NCBI GenBank assembly: GCA_045863855.1
Contig: BTVV01000016.1
Coordinates: 16,123 to 80,122, forward strand
Reading direction: 5' to 3'
From: Planctomycetota bacterium
GTDB lineage: Bacteria > Planctomycetota > SZUA-567 > H5-PLA8
Length of the DNA stretch: 64,000 bases
Made by a program: the position numbers and the translations under genes. Under the pieces are notes generated by a model. It did no database searches. It was not told the origin of the DNA and was given only the letters and a program-made list of their open reading frames with translations. Each line of letters opens with the position of its first letter. Position 1 is the stretch's first letter. Positions 18,116 to 27,014 of this stretch are shown piece by piece.

Positions 18116-18183
18116 GCCCTAGGATCTCCGTTGCACCTATGCAGACGCGGAATCGGCGCGAGGCTTGACCAGAATTTTCGCGC

Positions 18184-18648
18184 TCACAGCACGGGACTTG
18201 GCAATTCCAGCAAGATCTGCAGCGCCATGTACTGCAAGTGTGCGCCCGTTAGCAGCAGGAAAATCCCACCGCTCAGCAAAAGTCCTTCGCGCCAACCCAG
18301 ATTGCGCAGGATCTTATTGACGAACGCACGAACCAGCTGATCGTAACAGGCTGGGAGCCGCCGCGCCCACGCATGCCGCCGCGCCAGTAGCCGCGTTTGC
18401 CGGTGGCCCTTCCAATAGAAATTCAGCACGCCCAACAGGTACGTAAGGCCCAGGTAAAGCACCACCGTGAGCGTAAGCAGTCGCATAACGCGGAATCCCA
18501 GCGCCGGATGCGGCAGCAGGCTCATCGCCTGCGCACCCAACCCCACCGCCGTTACGACCGCGGCCAACGCCAGTGCCAGCAGCGTCCGCGCCAGCGGATG
18601 CGCATCGAGATCCCTGACCAGCCGGCTCCAGGCGAATGCGCGCGCCAT
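18184..18648 (-). CDS. Hypothetical membrane protein (about 3 TM helices)
   Basis: Hydrophobic stretches; its ATG overlaps the upstream TAA (TAATG coupling). Confidence 0.7.
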   Translation of the reverse strand: MARAFAWSRLVRDLDAHPLARTLLALALAAVVTAVGLGAQAMSLLPHPALGFRVMRLLTLTVVLYLGLTYLLGVLNFYWKGHRQTRLLARRHAWARRLPACYDQLVRAFVNKILRNLGWREGLLLSGGIFLLLTGAHLQYMALQILLELPSPVL

Positions 18649-19181
18649 TAAAGCACCGCTCGATGCAGCCAAGCGAACAGGAGGCTTAGCGCACCTGTCA
18701 CCGCCACTGCGGCGGCCATGATAAAAAAGAGCAGCGTGGCGGTGCGGACTTCTTCCTTGGCCCGGCGTTCCAGCGCACTCTCTACGTGCTGCACAAAGCG
18801 CTCCGCCGCGGCATCGGTCTCCTGCCGTGCGCGATCGAGAAGTTTGTTCGCGCGGGCATCGGCCTCATTGAGCATGGCTTTCCCGCGCGCGTCGGCCTGT
18901 TCGATCAGGCGGCCGCCTTCTTCGCGCATGCGCAGCGCCAGTTCCTGTCCCAAATCGCGGCTCGCTTCCGCCAGCAAACCGCCCACCGGCGTTTCCGAGC
19001 GCTTACCCGCCTGGACACAGTTCAAGCACGTGAGCGTATCCGCCCCGCGTTCGTTGGTGCCTTGCTCGAAGCAGCCCTGCCCCACCAACCCGCCGCACGA
19101 TCCGCACTGAAACTGCCGCGCGTGTTTCGCCAGAGGGTTCAGGCGTTGGAACTCTTCTTGGCAAACGACGCATTGAGCCAT
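18648..19181 (-). CDS. Zinc-finger (FYVE-like spacing), coiled-coil and C-terminal TM protein
   Basis: CVVCQEEF...CGSCGGLVGQGC...CLNC; A/E/R-rich helical repeat (EQADARGKAMLNEADARANKLL); hydrophobic C-terminus; GAGGG RBS. Confidence 0.8.
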   Translation of the reverse strand: MAQCVVCQEEFQRLNPLAKHARQFQCGSCGGLVGQGCFEQGTNERGADTLTCLNCVQAGKRSETPVGGLLAEASRDLGQELALRMREEGGRLIEQADARGKAMLNEADARANKLLDRARQETDAAAERFVQHVESALERRAKEEVRTATLLFFIMAAAVAVTGALSLLFAWLHRAVL

Positions 19182-19612
19182 GCCGCGTCCCTCGGGAGGC
19201 GCAAGTTTAAACGATTACCTCTTCATTAAGTATAAGGTGGGGGTCGTTTCGCGGACCACTCTGGAAAGCGGCCACCGAACGGCGCAAGTGAGCCGTGCAC
19301 CATGGTGCACCGATCGCCGCCAGATCAAGAATGGGAGGAGAAGAACCTAGGCTACCACCACTTGTATCCTCCCCCTGAAGTTTGCACTCGAGATCGGCGG
19401 TAAGACTTGGCTTTCCGCCAACTCCAACTCGCTGGATCAGCACCAGCACGCGGCTTCCGAAGCTGTGGTGCTGCTTTCGTGAGTACCTCGCGGCTTGCGA
19501 AATTGGAATCGACAACTTCTTCCATCAGCGCTGTTACGTTGGGTTTTCTGTTGAGCACCGCGCGCAGCGGGGCGGAGATAATCGACTGCGAGTGCGTACC
19601 CAAATGATGAAG

Positions 19613-20029
19613 CTATGAACGCGCTGCGCTTGGCTTTACCACTGTGATCTGCGTTCTGCGTGCGAAGAATTCCGCAATACCTCCTGACAACATCCCAATA
19701 ATGGCGCAGCTACATATATTGCGCAGGATATTCATGTCTGCTTCATTGTCATACCACTGTCTCGGTTCTACGCCCTCCCAGGGCTGTTCTTGAGATGCCC
19801 AATAGGCCGTAAATTCCTCTTCAGCTGTCAAGGAATCTATGGCAGCAGGCCATGGCCACCCCGATGCATTGACAAGAATGGTTGCTCCGGCGCCAATTCC
19901 GGGCTCTAATATCTTCAAAGTTCTCCAATGCAGAATATTCAATCCTAGCATTACACTCGTGGCGAAAGCCACGGCCATAAGCGTAGTCAGTCGGATCTGA
20001 TACCTGTGTCGCTTCGGCACAAAATCCAT
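19613..20029 (-). CDS. Small low-GC membrane protein
   Basis: Starts 2 bp after the aspS stop; N-terminal RYQIRLTTLMAV followed by TM helices, and an SGWPW motif; one sampled 60-nt line is 45% GC. Confidence 0.6.
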   Translation of the reverse strand: MDFVPKRHRYQIRLTTLMAVAFATSVMLGLNILHWRTLKILEPGIGAGATILVNASGWPWPAAIDSLTAEEEFTAYWASQEQPWEGVEPRQWYDNEADMNILRNICSCAIIGMLSGGIAEFFARRTQITVVKPSAARS

Positions 20030-20031
20030 CC

Positions 20032-21885
20032 CTACGCCGGCTTCTCCGGCTCCGGCAAGTCCACCTTGACCGCGCAGTCTTTCAGCAACGCGCCCTCCAC
20101 CTCGGCGGGCGAACCGTTCATCATGTCCACACCCTTCTGGTTCTTCGGGAAGGCGAAGACATCGCGCATCGATTCGGTCTCGCTCAGCAGCCAGACGAGA
20201 CGGTCCCAGCCCATCGCGATGCCGCCGTGCGGCGGCGCGCCGTGCTCGAAGGCGTCGAGCAGGAAACCGAATTTCTCCTGCTCTTCGGCCTCCGAAATCC
20301 CAAGCGCTTGAAATACGAGGCGCTGGATCTCGCGGCGATGAATACGCACGCTCCCGCCGGCCACTTCGTACCCGTTGAGCACCAGGTCGTAGCGGTAGCA
20401 CTTCACCTGCTTCAACGGGCTGGCGTGCGACTGGTCGCCCGCGCCTCGCTCCAGGTCTTCCAGGCACTCGCGGTGTGGCATCGAAAACGCGTGATGCGCG
20501 GCGACCCAGCGCTTGTGCTCTTCGTCGTACTCGAACAGCGGGGGATCGACGACCCAGAAAAAGTCCCACTTGCCGCCGCTGCCGTATTCGGGAATCAGTC
20601 CGAACTTCTTGCCCAGATGCAGACGCAAATTCGCCATCACCGTATGCACCATCGCCTCGGGGCCGAATTGGAAGAGCAGCAAGTCGCCTTCTTCCGCGCC
20701 GAGGGCCTGGTTGAAGTCCTTGCGCATCCCTTCGGCGATGACTTTCGCCAGTGGCGCGTTGCCCCAGCTTCCGTCGGGGCCGATCTTGGCCCAGGCAAGC
20801 CCCTTCGCGCCCATGCCTTTCACGAACGTCTCGAGCTTGTCGATCTGAGCGCGCGGCATCTCGTGCTGCTTGGGCAATCGCAGGCCCTTGACGATTCCGC
20901 CGCTGTCGGCGACCGCCTTCATGATCTTGATCCCGCCGCCGTCGTGCTTCTTGACCGCTGCGGTCAGTTCGACGTGCTCCAGTCCAAAGCGCCGGTCGGG
21001 CTTGTCGTTGCCCCAGCGGCTCATCGCTTCGTCGAACGGCACGCGCTCGAACGGGAGCTTCAGTTCGATCCCGAGCACTTCCTTCCAGACCGCGGCGATC
21101 GCGCCTTCGACCGAGGCGAAGATGTCGTCCTGTTCGACGAAGGACATCTCGATGTCCACCTGCGTGAACTCGGGCTGCCGGTCGATGCGCAGGTCTTCGT
21201 CGCGGAAGCAGCGCACGATCTGGTAATAGCGGTCGGTGCCGGCCACCATCAGGAGTTGTTTGAAGAGCTGCGGGCTTTCGGCCAACGCGTAGAACTTGCC
21301 GGGATGCAGGCGCGAAGGCACCAGGAACGGCCGCGCTCCGCCCGGCGTCCACTTGATCAGAAACGGCGTCTCGACCTCGGTGAAGCCTTCGGCGGTGAGG
21401 TGGTTGCGCACGGCCATGGCGGCCTTGTGGCGCGTTTGCAGTACGCGCTGCATCGGCCTGCGGCGCAGGTCGAGGTAGCGGTACGTAAGCCGCGCTTCGT
21501 CTCCGGCCGTCATGTCGTCGCGAATTTCGATTGGCGGCGTCTTACTTCGATTGAGGACTTCGAGTTCGCCGACTTCGATTTCCACGTCGCCGGTCTCGAG
21601 CTTCGAGTTGCGCCGGTCGGCGGGGCGTGCCACGACCTTGCCCTTGGCCCGAACGACCCATTCGCCGCGCAGCTTCGCGGCTTCGGCGTGCACGGCGCCG
21701 CTGCGCTGAGGATCGAAGACGAGCTGCGTGACGCCGGTACGGTCGCGCAAGTCGATGAAGATCACGCCGCCCATGTCGCGGTTGGCGTCCACCCAGCCGG
21801 AAAGGACGATCTCCTGTCCGACGTCGGTGGCGCGGAGCGCTCCGCAGGTATGCGTACGGTATCGGTTCGGGCGCAACTGAGGCAC
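20032..21885 (-). CDS. aspS: Aspartate--tRNA ligase
   Basis: RTHTCG, RLTYRYLDLRR, GKFYALAESPQLFKQ, CFRDEDLR.DRQPEFTQ, GAPPHGGIA.G.DR. GTG start with an AAGGAG RBS. Confidence 0.97.
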   Translation of the reverse strand: MPQLRPNRYRTHTCGALRATDVGQEIVLSGWVDANRDMGGVIFIDLRDRTGVTQLVFDPQRSGAVHAEAAKLRGEWVVRAKGKVVARPADRRNSKLETGDVEIEVGELEVLNRSKTPPIEIRDDMTAGDEARLTYRYLDLRRRPMQRVLQTRHKAAMAVRNHLTAEGFTEVETPFLIKWTPGGARPFLVPSRLHPGKFYALAESPQLFKQLLMVAGTDRYYQIVRCFRDEDLRIDRQPEFTQVDIEMSFVEQDDIFASVEGAIAAVWKEVLGIELKLPFERVPFDEAMSRWGNDKPDRRFGLEHVELTAAVKKHDGGGIKIMKAVADSGGIVKGLRLPKQHEMPRAQIDKLETFVKGMGAKGLAWAKIGPDGSWGNAPLAKVIAEGMRKDFNQALGAEEGDLLLFQFGPEAMVHTVMANLRLHLGKKFGLIPEYGSGGKWDFFWVVDPPLFEYDEEHKRWVAAHHAFSMPHRECLEDLERGAGDQSHASPLKQVKCYRYDLVLNGYEVAGGSVRIHRREIQRLVFQALGISEAEEQEKFGFLLDAFEHGAPPHGGIAMGWDRLVWLLSETESMRDVFAFPKNQKGVDMMNGSPAEVEGALLKDCAVKVDLPEPEKPA

Positions 21886-22167
21886 GAAGTATCTCCTTGA
21901 ACGTGCATGAATCGATTTTGGCGAGCCCCATTCATACGGGGGGCGGCGCAGACCCACAAATGCCAATCATCCCGGAAGGGTCATGGGCGAAAGCGTTGGA
22001 AGGTAGGGTTAAAGTCAGATCGCGGCGCGGGGAGCCGCATTATCGCGGTTCGCGTCGGCATACAGAGGGAAGGTCAAGCGTTCCATGAGGGCAACCCTAC
22101 CTTAAGAAGGTCCGCATTGTCAAGGCGCGCACGCCGCCGGATGCAGAAGTGAGGCGATCCGGTATCC

Positions 22168-24642
22168 TTGGGGCACATCGAAGCCCTCCCTGGATTGGAA
22201 GCCTTGCCCTTGCTTTCGCACGCGCTGGCCGGACTGATGCTCTTGCCGCTGCCCGCGCTGGGGGCTTTGTGGATGCGCGCGGTGCTGCGTACGCGCGATG
22301 CATTTTCCGTCTGGGTGCTGGGCGGATTTGCCGCCTGTGCGGCGCATACGGTGCTCTTGAACGCAGCGTGCTATCTGTTCCGTCCGGGTGACGCGGCCTG
22401 GATGCTGATGGCGTTCGAAGCGTGTCTGCTGCTTATCTGCGGCCGGCATGCGCTGCGGGGCGAGACCTTTGACGCGAGCGCGTTTCGCGCCGAATGTGGC
22501 GGACTATTTTGGGCGCTGCTCCCGCTGGGCGTTTTCGGCTACGTCTCAGGCGCGCAGGCGGGCGTCACCGACCAGCTCAACCACGCCAACAGCATCGGTG
22601 TCATGCAAGCGCATGGGCTGCCTATGCCGCATCCGTACGATCCCGGGCAGGTCTTCATGTACCACTACGGCTCCGACTTGATCGGCGCGGCGTATGGACA
22701 GGCGCTCAATGCTCCCGGCGTGGAAATGCTGGATGGGTGGCTGGGCCTGGAACGCTTCTGGACGCTCCTGCTGCTCGTGGAGTTCGTGCGCGCGGCGGCG
22801 GCGCACGAGCGTCGGACGCTTCCGCTCGCGGCGTACGTGGGCGGCCTGCTGCTCTTTGCACTGGGCGGAAGCTTCGGCTGGCTGGAATGGCTCGCCGGAC
22901 GGCAGGCGTTCCTGGAGACCCTGCGGCGCGGCTTCGTCGAAGGCTTCTTCGAGAGTACGCGTGTGCCGGCGCTGGGCTGGGGCTGGCCGTGCTTCTTCGG
23001 TGTGCTGGCCTTGACCCTGCGCTGGCCAGATGCTGCGCGACAGCATGAACGCGAAGCGCCTCCGCATGCGCTATCCAGTCCGCTTCTCCCGCTTGGCCTT
23101 GCCTTGGCCGCAACGATGCTGGGCGCGCCACATGTCGCTGCTGTCTTGGGCGGTGGATTGCTGGTCTGGTGCGCTGCGCGTCACCTCACCAAGCGGGAGA
23201 GCGATACCGGCGCGTGGGCTTTAGCGGGTCTACTCGGCGTGGGCCTCGCGGCGGTGCAGGGCGGCCAGTTGACCGGTTCGCTGCTGGGGTTCTACGGAAG
23301 CGGGCAGCTTGAACTGGCTTGGAACGGTTCGCTCTGGCCCGAGTTTCCGGCCTGGGGTGAGCGCGTGCGGCCGGGTCAAGACGGTTATGCCTATTACGGT
23401 TGGCGTGAATTGGGGCCGCTGCTCTGGACCGGTCCTCTGCTTTGGGTGTGGACATTTTGGCCGCGCGCGCAGCAGCCCACGGCGGCGCGGATCGCGCTTG
23501 CGCTGGGACTTCCGGCGCTCGCATTCTCGGTCTGGTTTCACCTCGAGCGCGACCCGATCGGCTTGGGCCGCTTCACGCAGCTTTATACGGGCTGCGCGTG
23601 GCTGGCCTTGGGCGTCTGCGCGGGTTGCGCCTTGAGTTCTCGGCTTATCGCCGCCTCGAGAGGCGGACGGTGGGCCTTGCTCTCGGTGGGCGCGCTGCTT
23701 GGGGTGGGCCTCAGCTTCGAATCGATCCGCTTGGGCACGGACTGGTTGCTGCATCCCCATCCTGCGGTCCCCTTGCGCTTCGCCGCAGGCCAGGTCGCGG
23801 CGCTGCGGCACGCTGCCACGCAGGATCCCAAGCTGGCGGGAGTGCTTGCGTACGGAGCGGACGGCGCGCCGGTGGCTCCGGCCTTGCTGGGTACGCCGAT
23901 ACGCTGCATCGATCCGGGGCTGAACGAGTGGGGGCAGCGCACCCAAGCTTGGCAGCGTGCCGTGCAAGCGCCTTCGGCCGGAAGCGCCCAGGCGCTGGGC
24001 CTGTCCTGGATCTGCGCGTCGCCCGAACAGATGCCGCACGCGATTCCGCTTCTGGAAGGCCGCTTGGATTTGGAGCCGCACGGCGCGTTCGGAGAACCAG
24101 GCGCTTACTTTCTCTACCGCACGACACACCGGCCGCTATCCGGTGCGCCCATTCTGGCGCGCTGCTCTTGGCTACGGCGCGAGCCGCTGCAAGCGGTGGC
24201 TTGGGGGCGCGAACCCCTGGAGCGATCTGCGCAGGTGGCGCTGGTGGACGGCGATCCGCGCAGCGCCACGGAATTGCCTCTGTCGCGTTGGGCCGCGGAG
24301 GGACTCGTGTTGGCATTGCGCGCGCCAACCGGAGGGCGAGCGCCGGTCTTAAACTTGTTTTGGGTGCTGGTCGACGAAAGCGTATCCGATGAACGCGCAG
24401 CCAAAGTCCTGGGTCGCGTGGGACTCGAATGCTTTAACGTCCAAGGCGCGTGGCAGGCCGTGGAATCGCGGTCGTTAGGCGATCCGTTCGGACCGCGTGC
24501 GCGCGCCTGGTACGTACCCGCCGGCTTGTCTAGCGGTTCGATTCGGCTGCGTTGGGCAGGGGAAGCTACGGAAGGAACACTGCGGGTGGCCGAAGTTTAT
24601 GCGGGAGCGGTGGGCTGGGATGCCGGAGTCCCGCGCGAATGA
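22168..24642 (+). CDS. Multi-TM putative GT-C-fold glycosyltransferase (DUF2298/YYY-like) with a soluble C-terminal domain, copy 1
   Basis: Loop motif TDQLNH...GLPMPHPYDPGQVFMYHYGSDLIGA; more than 10 hydrophobic helices. The TTG start is uncertain and the function is inferred. Confidence 0.65.
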   Translation: MGHIEALPGLEALPLLSHALAGLMLLPLPALGALWMRAVLRTRDAFSVWVLGGFAACAAHTVLLNAACYLFRPGDAAWMLMAFEACLLLICGRHALRGETFDASAFRAECGGLFWALLPLGVFGYVSGAQAGVTDQLNHANSIGVMQAHGLPMPHPYDPGQVFMYHYGSDLIGAAYGQALNAPGVEMLDGWLGLERFWTLLLLVEFVRAAAAHERRTLPLAAYVGGLLLFALGGSFGWLEWLAGRQAFLETLRRGFVEGFFESTRVPALGWGWPCFFGVLALTLRWPDAARQHEREAPPHALSSPLLPLGLALAATMLGAPHVAAVLGGGLLVWCAARHLTKRESDTGAWALAGLLGVGLAAVQGGQLTGSLLGFYGSGQLELAWNGSLWPEFPAWGERVRPGQDGYAYYGWRELGPLLWTGPLLWVWTFWPRAQQPTAARIALALGLPALAFSVWFHLERDPIGLGRFTQLYTGCAWLALGVCAGCALSSRLIAASRGGRWALLSVGALLGVGLSFESIRLGTDWLLHPHPAVPLRFAAGQVAALRHAATQDPKLAGVLAYGADGAPVAPALLGTPIRCIDPGLNEWGQRTQAWQRAVQAPSAGSAQALGLSWICASPEQMPHAIPLLEGRLDLEPHGAFGEPGAYFLYRTTHRPLSGAPILARCSWLRREPLQAVAWGREPLERSAQVALVDGDPRSATELPLSRWAAEGLVLALRAPTGGRAPVLNLFWVLVDESVSDERAAKVLGRVGLECFNVQGAWQAVESRSLGDPFGPRARAWYVPAGLSSGSIRLRWAGEATEGTLRVAEVYAGAVGWDAGVPRE

Positions 24643-27008
24643 TCCTCCTGCAAGGCGCGGCCTGCGCGCTCCTGCTGCTTTTGCCTTGCGCTTGCGGCGC
24701 GGCGTGGGTCGCGCGGGTTTGGAAGACGCGCGACGCCGGCACGTGCCTGACGCTGGGCAGCGCTGTCGGCCTGGCGGCACACTTGGTGGCGCTTAACGCC
24801 TTGAGCTACCTTCAGGTCCCGGTTGCCGCAGGCTGGATCCTCGCGGCGGCCGAAGCACTGCTCTGGGTCGCGCTGGTTGCGTTAAAGCGTTTCCGCTTCG
24901 AGTTTCGGGACTGGATCGAAACGATGCGTGCGGTGGCGCCGGTTCTCGCGCCGGTGGCCTTGGCCTGGGCTTACGATGCGCTGGAAGACGGCGGCACCGA
25001 TCAGCTTACTCATTCGGCCAAGGCCATGGTTCTCGCGAAACACGGACTGCCCGCGCTGCATCCTTTCGATCCGCAAAGCGTCTTTGCCTATCATTACGGA
25101 CCGGACTTATTGGGCGCGGCGTGGGGCGGCATGACCGGATTGTCGCCGTGGTGGACGTTTAACGTCTGGCTGGCGGCGCTGGGGATCTTGGCGCTGTTGC
25201 TGGTACTCGAAGGGTTGCGCGCGGCTTTCGCGGCCCATGGTACCGCATTAGATGCCTGGACCGCGCGGCTGGGCCTGGCGGGATTCGCGCTTGGCGGGAG
25301 CTTCGCCTGGACCGAATGGCTGCGCGGAGCGGAGCCCTTCTTTCCGCCGCAGCGCGCGGCCTACGCGTGCGAAGGGTTCGCGTACTGCGCCAAGACGCTT
25401 TCGATGGGCGCGGGGTGGGTGGGCTTGCTCGCACTCCTGGTGGCTTGGCTGCGCTGGCCGAAGCACGATCCCGCTGTAACGGACACCTGGGGTCCGGCGT
25501 TACCGGTGGGGTTGCTTCTAGGCGGCGGCTGGCTGCTGGCTCCGCATGCCGCGTTTCCAATGGCCTGCGTGCTTGCGGCGGCCGGCTTGGCGCGTTTCGC
25601 ACCTCGGTTCGTGCAGGCTCCGGCCATCGAATGGCGTGCGTTGGGGGTCGTTTGCGCGTTGGGCGTAGGGCTGGGCTTCGTGCAAGGCGGCGCCTTAACG
25701 TCACAACTGCTGGACTTTCCCGAAGCGGCGGAAGCGCGCCTGGTTTGGACGGGTTCGTGGTGGCCGACCATTCCCGCCCTGGTGGACGGGCGCATGACGA
25801 GCGTTTCGTTGCGCGAGCCGTTGGGCTTTACTCTATCGTGGCGCGAATTGGGTCCGGTGGCGGGGGCGCTCCTGTTTCTAATCTTCGCTTGGCGCGGGAC
25901 CTCGGCGCATGCGGCGGGCATCCGCCTGATCCTGATGGCGACGCTGCCCGCGTTGGCGCTGGGTTTGTACGCGCGCGTGGGATTGAACGCGTTCGAGACG
26001 TACCGCTTCAATCAGTTTGCCTTGACCGGCGCGTGGTTGTCCGCCGGCCTTTGGTTGGGCAGCTGGTGCGAGAGCAAGCCCGCGTGGCTGCCGAGGGCGT
26101 GCGCCTGTGTCCTGGCGGGCGTGCTGAGCTTACAAGGCGTGCGCTACTTGGCGCAGGGGGTGGCGGAGCCCGTTCCGTATCTGCCCTTTCAATACGATGC
26201 GGGCCAGGCGGAAGCGGTGGCGTTCGTGCAAGCCCGCGGCGCGCTGCGCGAAGGCGTATTGACCGACGTGCTGGGCTTTTCCGCCGTGCCCGGCCTGACC
26301 GGCGAGCCGGTGGCGTGCGCCGATCCAGGAACCGATCGCTTCAACCGGCCGGGCGACGCCTGGCTACGTGCGTTGGATACGCCATCGCCACGCAATCTGC
26401 GCGCCGCGCGCTGCCGCTGGCTCGCGCTGCGCCCCGAACAATGGGCGCGCGCCGCGCCGTTGCTGGAAGGTTTGAGCGCGTTTCGCCGTGTACAGACCTT
26501 CGGCGAAGTGCCGGCCTATGCGCTTTATCGGTACGACGGAAGCTGGGAACCGCCGGACGGTTGCTTGTGGCAGGCGAGAAAGCTCCGGCGCCATGCGGCG
26601 ACGCGAGCCCTTTGCGACGGCCTCCCTGCATCAGAACGCGCGCTCTTGGCGTGGCTGGACGGAAACGCCCAAAGCGCGGCGGAGCCGGGACAGGAAATTA
26701 TGCTCGAATTGGCTCCCGATGCGGAAGGCCGTGCGCCAAAGACCAATCTGGTCTGGCTCCTCTGCGCACAGCCGTGCCCCGAAACCGGCTGGCGGCTGGA
26801 GATCCTGGAGCAGCGCGAACGTGTCGACGGATTCACCTATGCGTGGACGGAAATCGATGCGGCTTCCGCCGAGAAGCTGACCTTGCCCGAGCGCCCGCAC
26901 GTCTGGGGACTCGGCTTTGCCCCGCACGCGGCGGCGGCGATTCGGCTGCGCGCGAACGGCCCCGCGCCTTCGATCTGCGAACTGTACGCGGGAATGGTGG
27001 AGCCATAA
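24639..27008 (+). CDS. Multi-TM putative GT-C-fold glycosyltransferase, copy 2 (tandem paralog)
   Basis: TDQLTH...GLPALHPFDPQSVFAYHYGPDLLGA; shares FALGGSF.W.EWL, VQGG.LT..LL and WRELGP with copy 1; ATGA overlap. Confidence 0.68.
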   Translation: MILLQGAACALLLLLPCACGAAWVARVWKTRDAGTCLTLGSAVGLAAHLVALNALSYLQVPVAAGWILAAAEALLWVALVALKRFRFEFRDWIETMRAVAPVLAPVALAWAYDALEDGGTDQLTHSAKAMVLAKHGLPALHPFDPQSVFAYHYGPDLLGAAWGGMTGLSPWWTFNVWLAALGILALLLVLEGLRAAFAAHGTALDAWTARLGLAGFALGGSFAWTEWLRGAEPFFPPQRAAYACEGFAYCAKTLSMGAGWVGLLALLVAWLRWPKHDPAVTDTWGPALPVGLLLGGGWLLAPHAAFPMACVLAAAGLARFAPRFVQAPAIEWRALGVVCALGVGLGFVQGGALTSQLLDFPEAAEARLVWTGSWWPTIPALVDGRMTSVSLREPLGFTLSWRELGPVAGALLFLIFAWRGTSAHAAGIRLILMATLPALALGLYARVGLNAFETYRFNQFALTGAWLSAGLWLGSWCESKPAWLPRACACVLAGVLSLQGVRYLAQGVAEPVPYLPFQYDAGQAEAVAFVQARGALREGVLTDVLGFSAVPGLTGEPVACADPGTDRFNRPGDAWLRALDTPSPRNLRAARCRWLALRPEQWARAAPLLEGLSAFRRVQTFGEVPAYALYRYDGSWEPPDGCLWQARKLRRHAATRALCDGLPASERALLAWLDGNAQSAAEPGQEIMLELAPDAEGRAPKTNLVWLLCAQPCPETGWRLEILEQRERVDGFTYAWTEIDAASAEKLTLPERPHVWGLGFAPHAAAAIRLRANGPAPSICELYAGMVEP

Positions 27009-27014
27009 AACGCC

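Noticed and set aside
19236..19612. RNase P RNA, tmRNA or group II intron domain V
   Set aside because: Only fragments resemble them (GGAAAG..GCCAC, GGTAAGA, GAGCCGTG). GAGGAAAGTCC, ACAGAA...GGCTTA, a tRNA-like T-arm/CCA end and a correctly paired domain V are absent.
19613..21352. Long N-terminal extensions in the ORF track (also 4405-5274, 12276-13202, 28888-31677, 33521-36754)
   Set aside because: The extensions overlap other real genes or promoters and are low-information sequence. Internal starts with an RBS, stop-start coupling or a nearby -10 fit better.
20032..21885. Calling AspRS discriminating or non-discriminating
   Set aside because: The diagnostic positions are ambiguous by eye (RDMGG rather than RDHGG or RDLG). 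This needs an alignment and a check for asnS and gatCAB.
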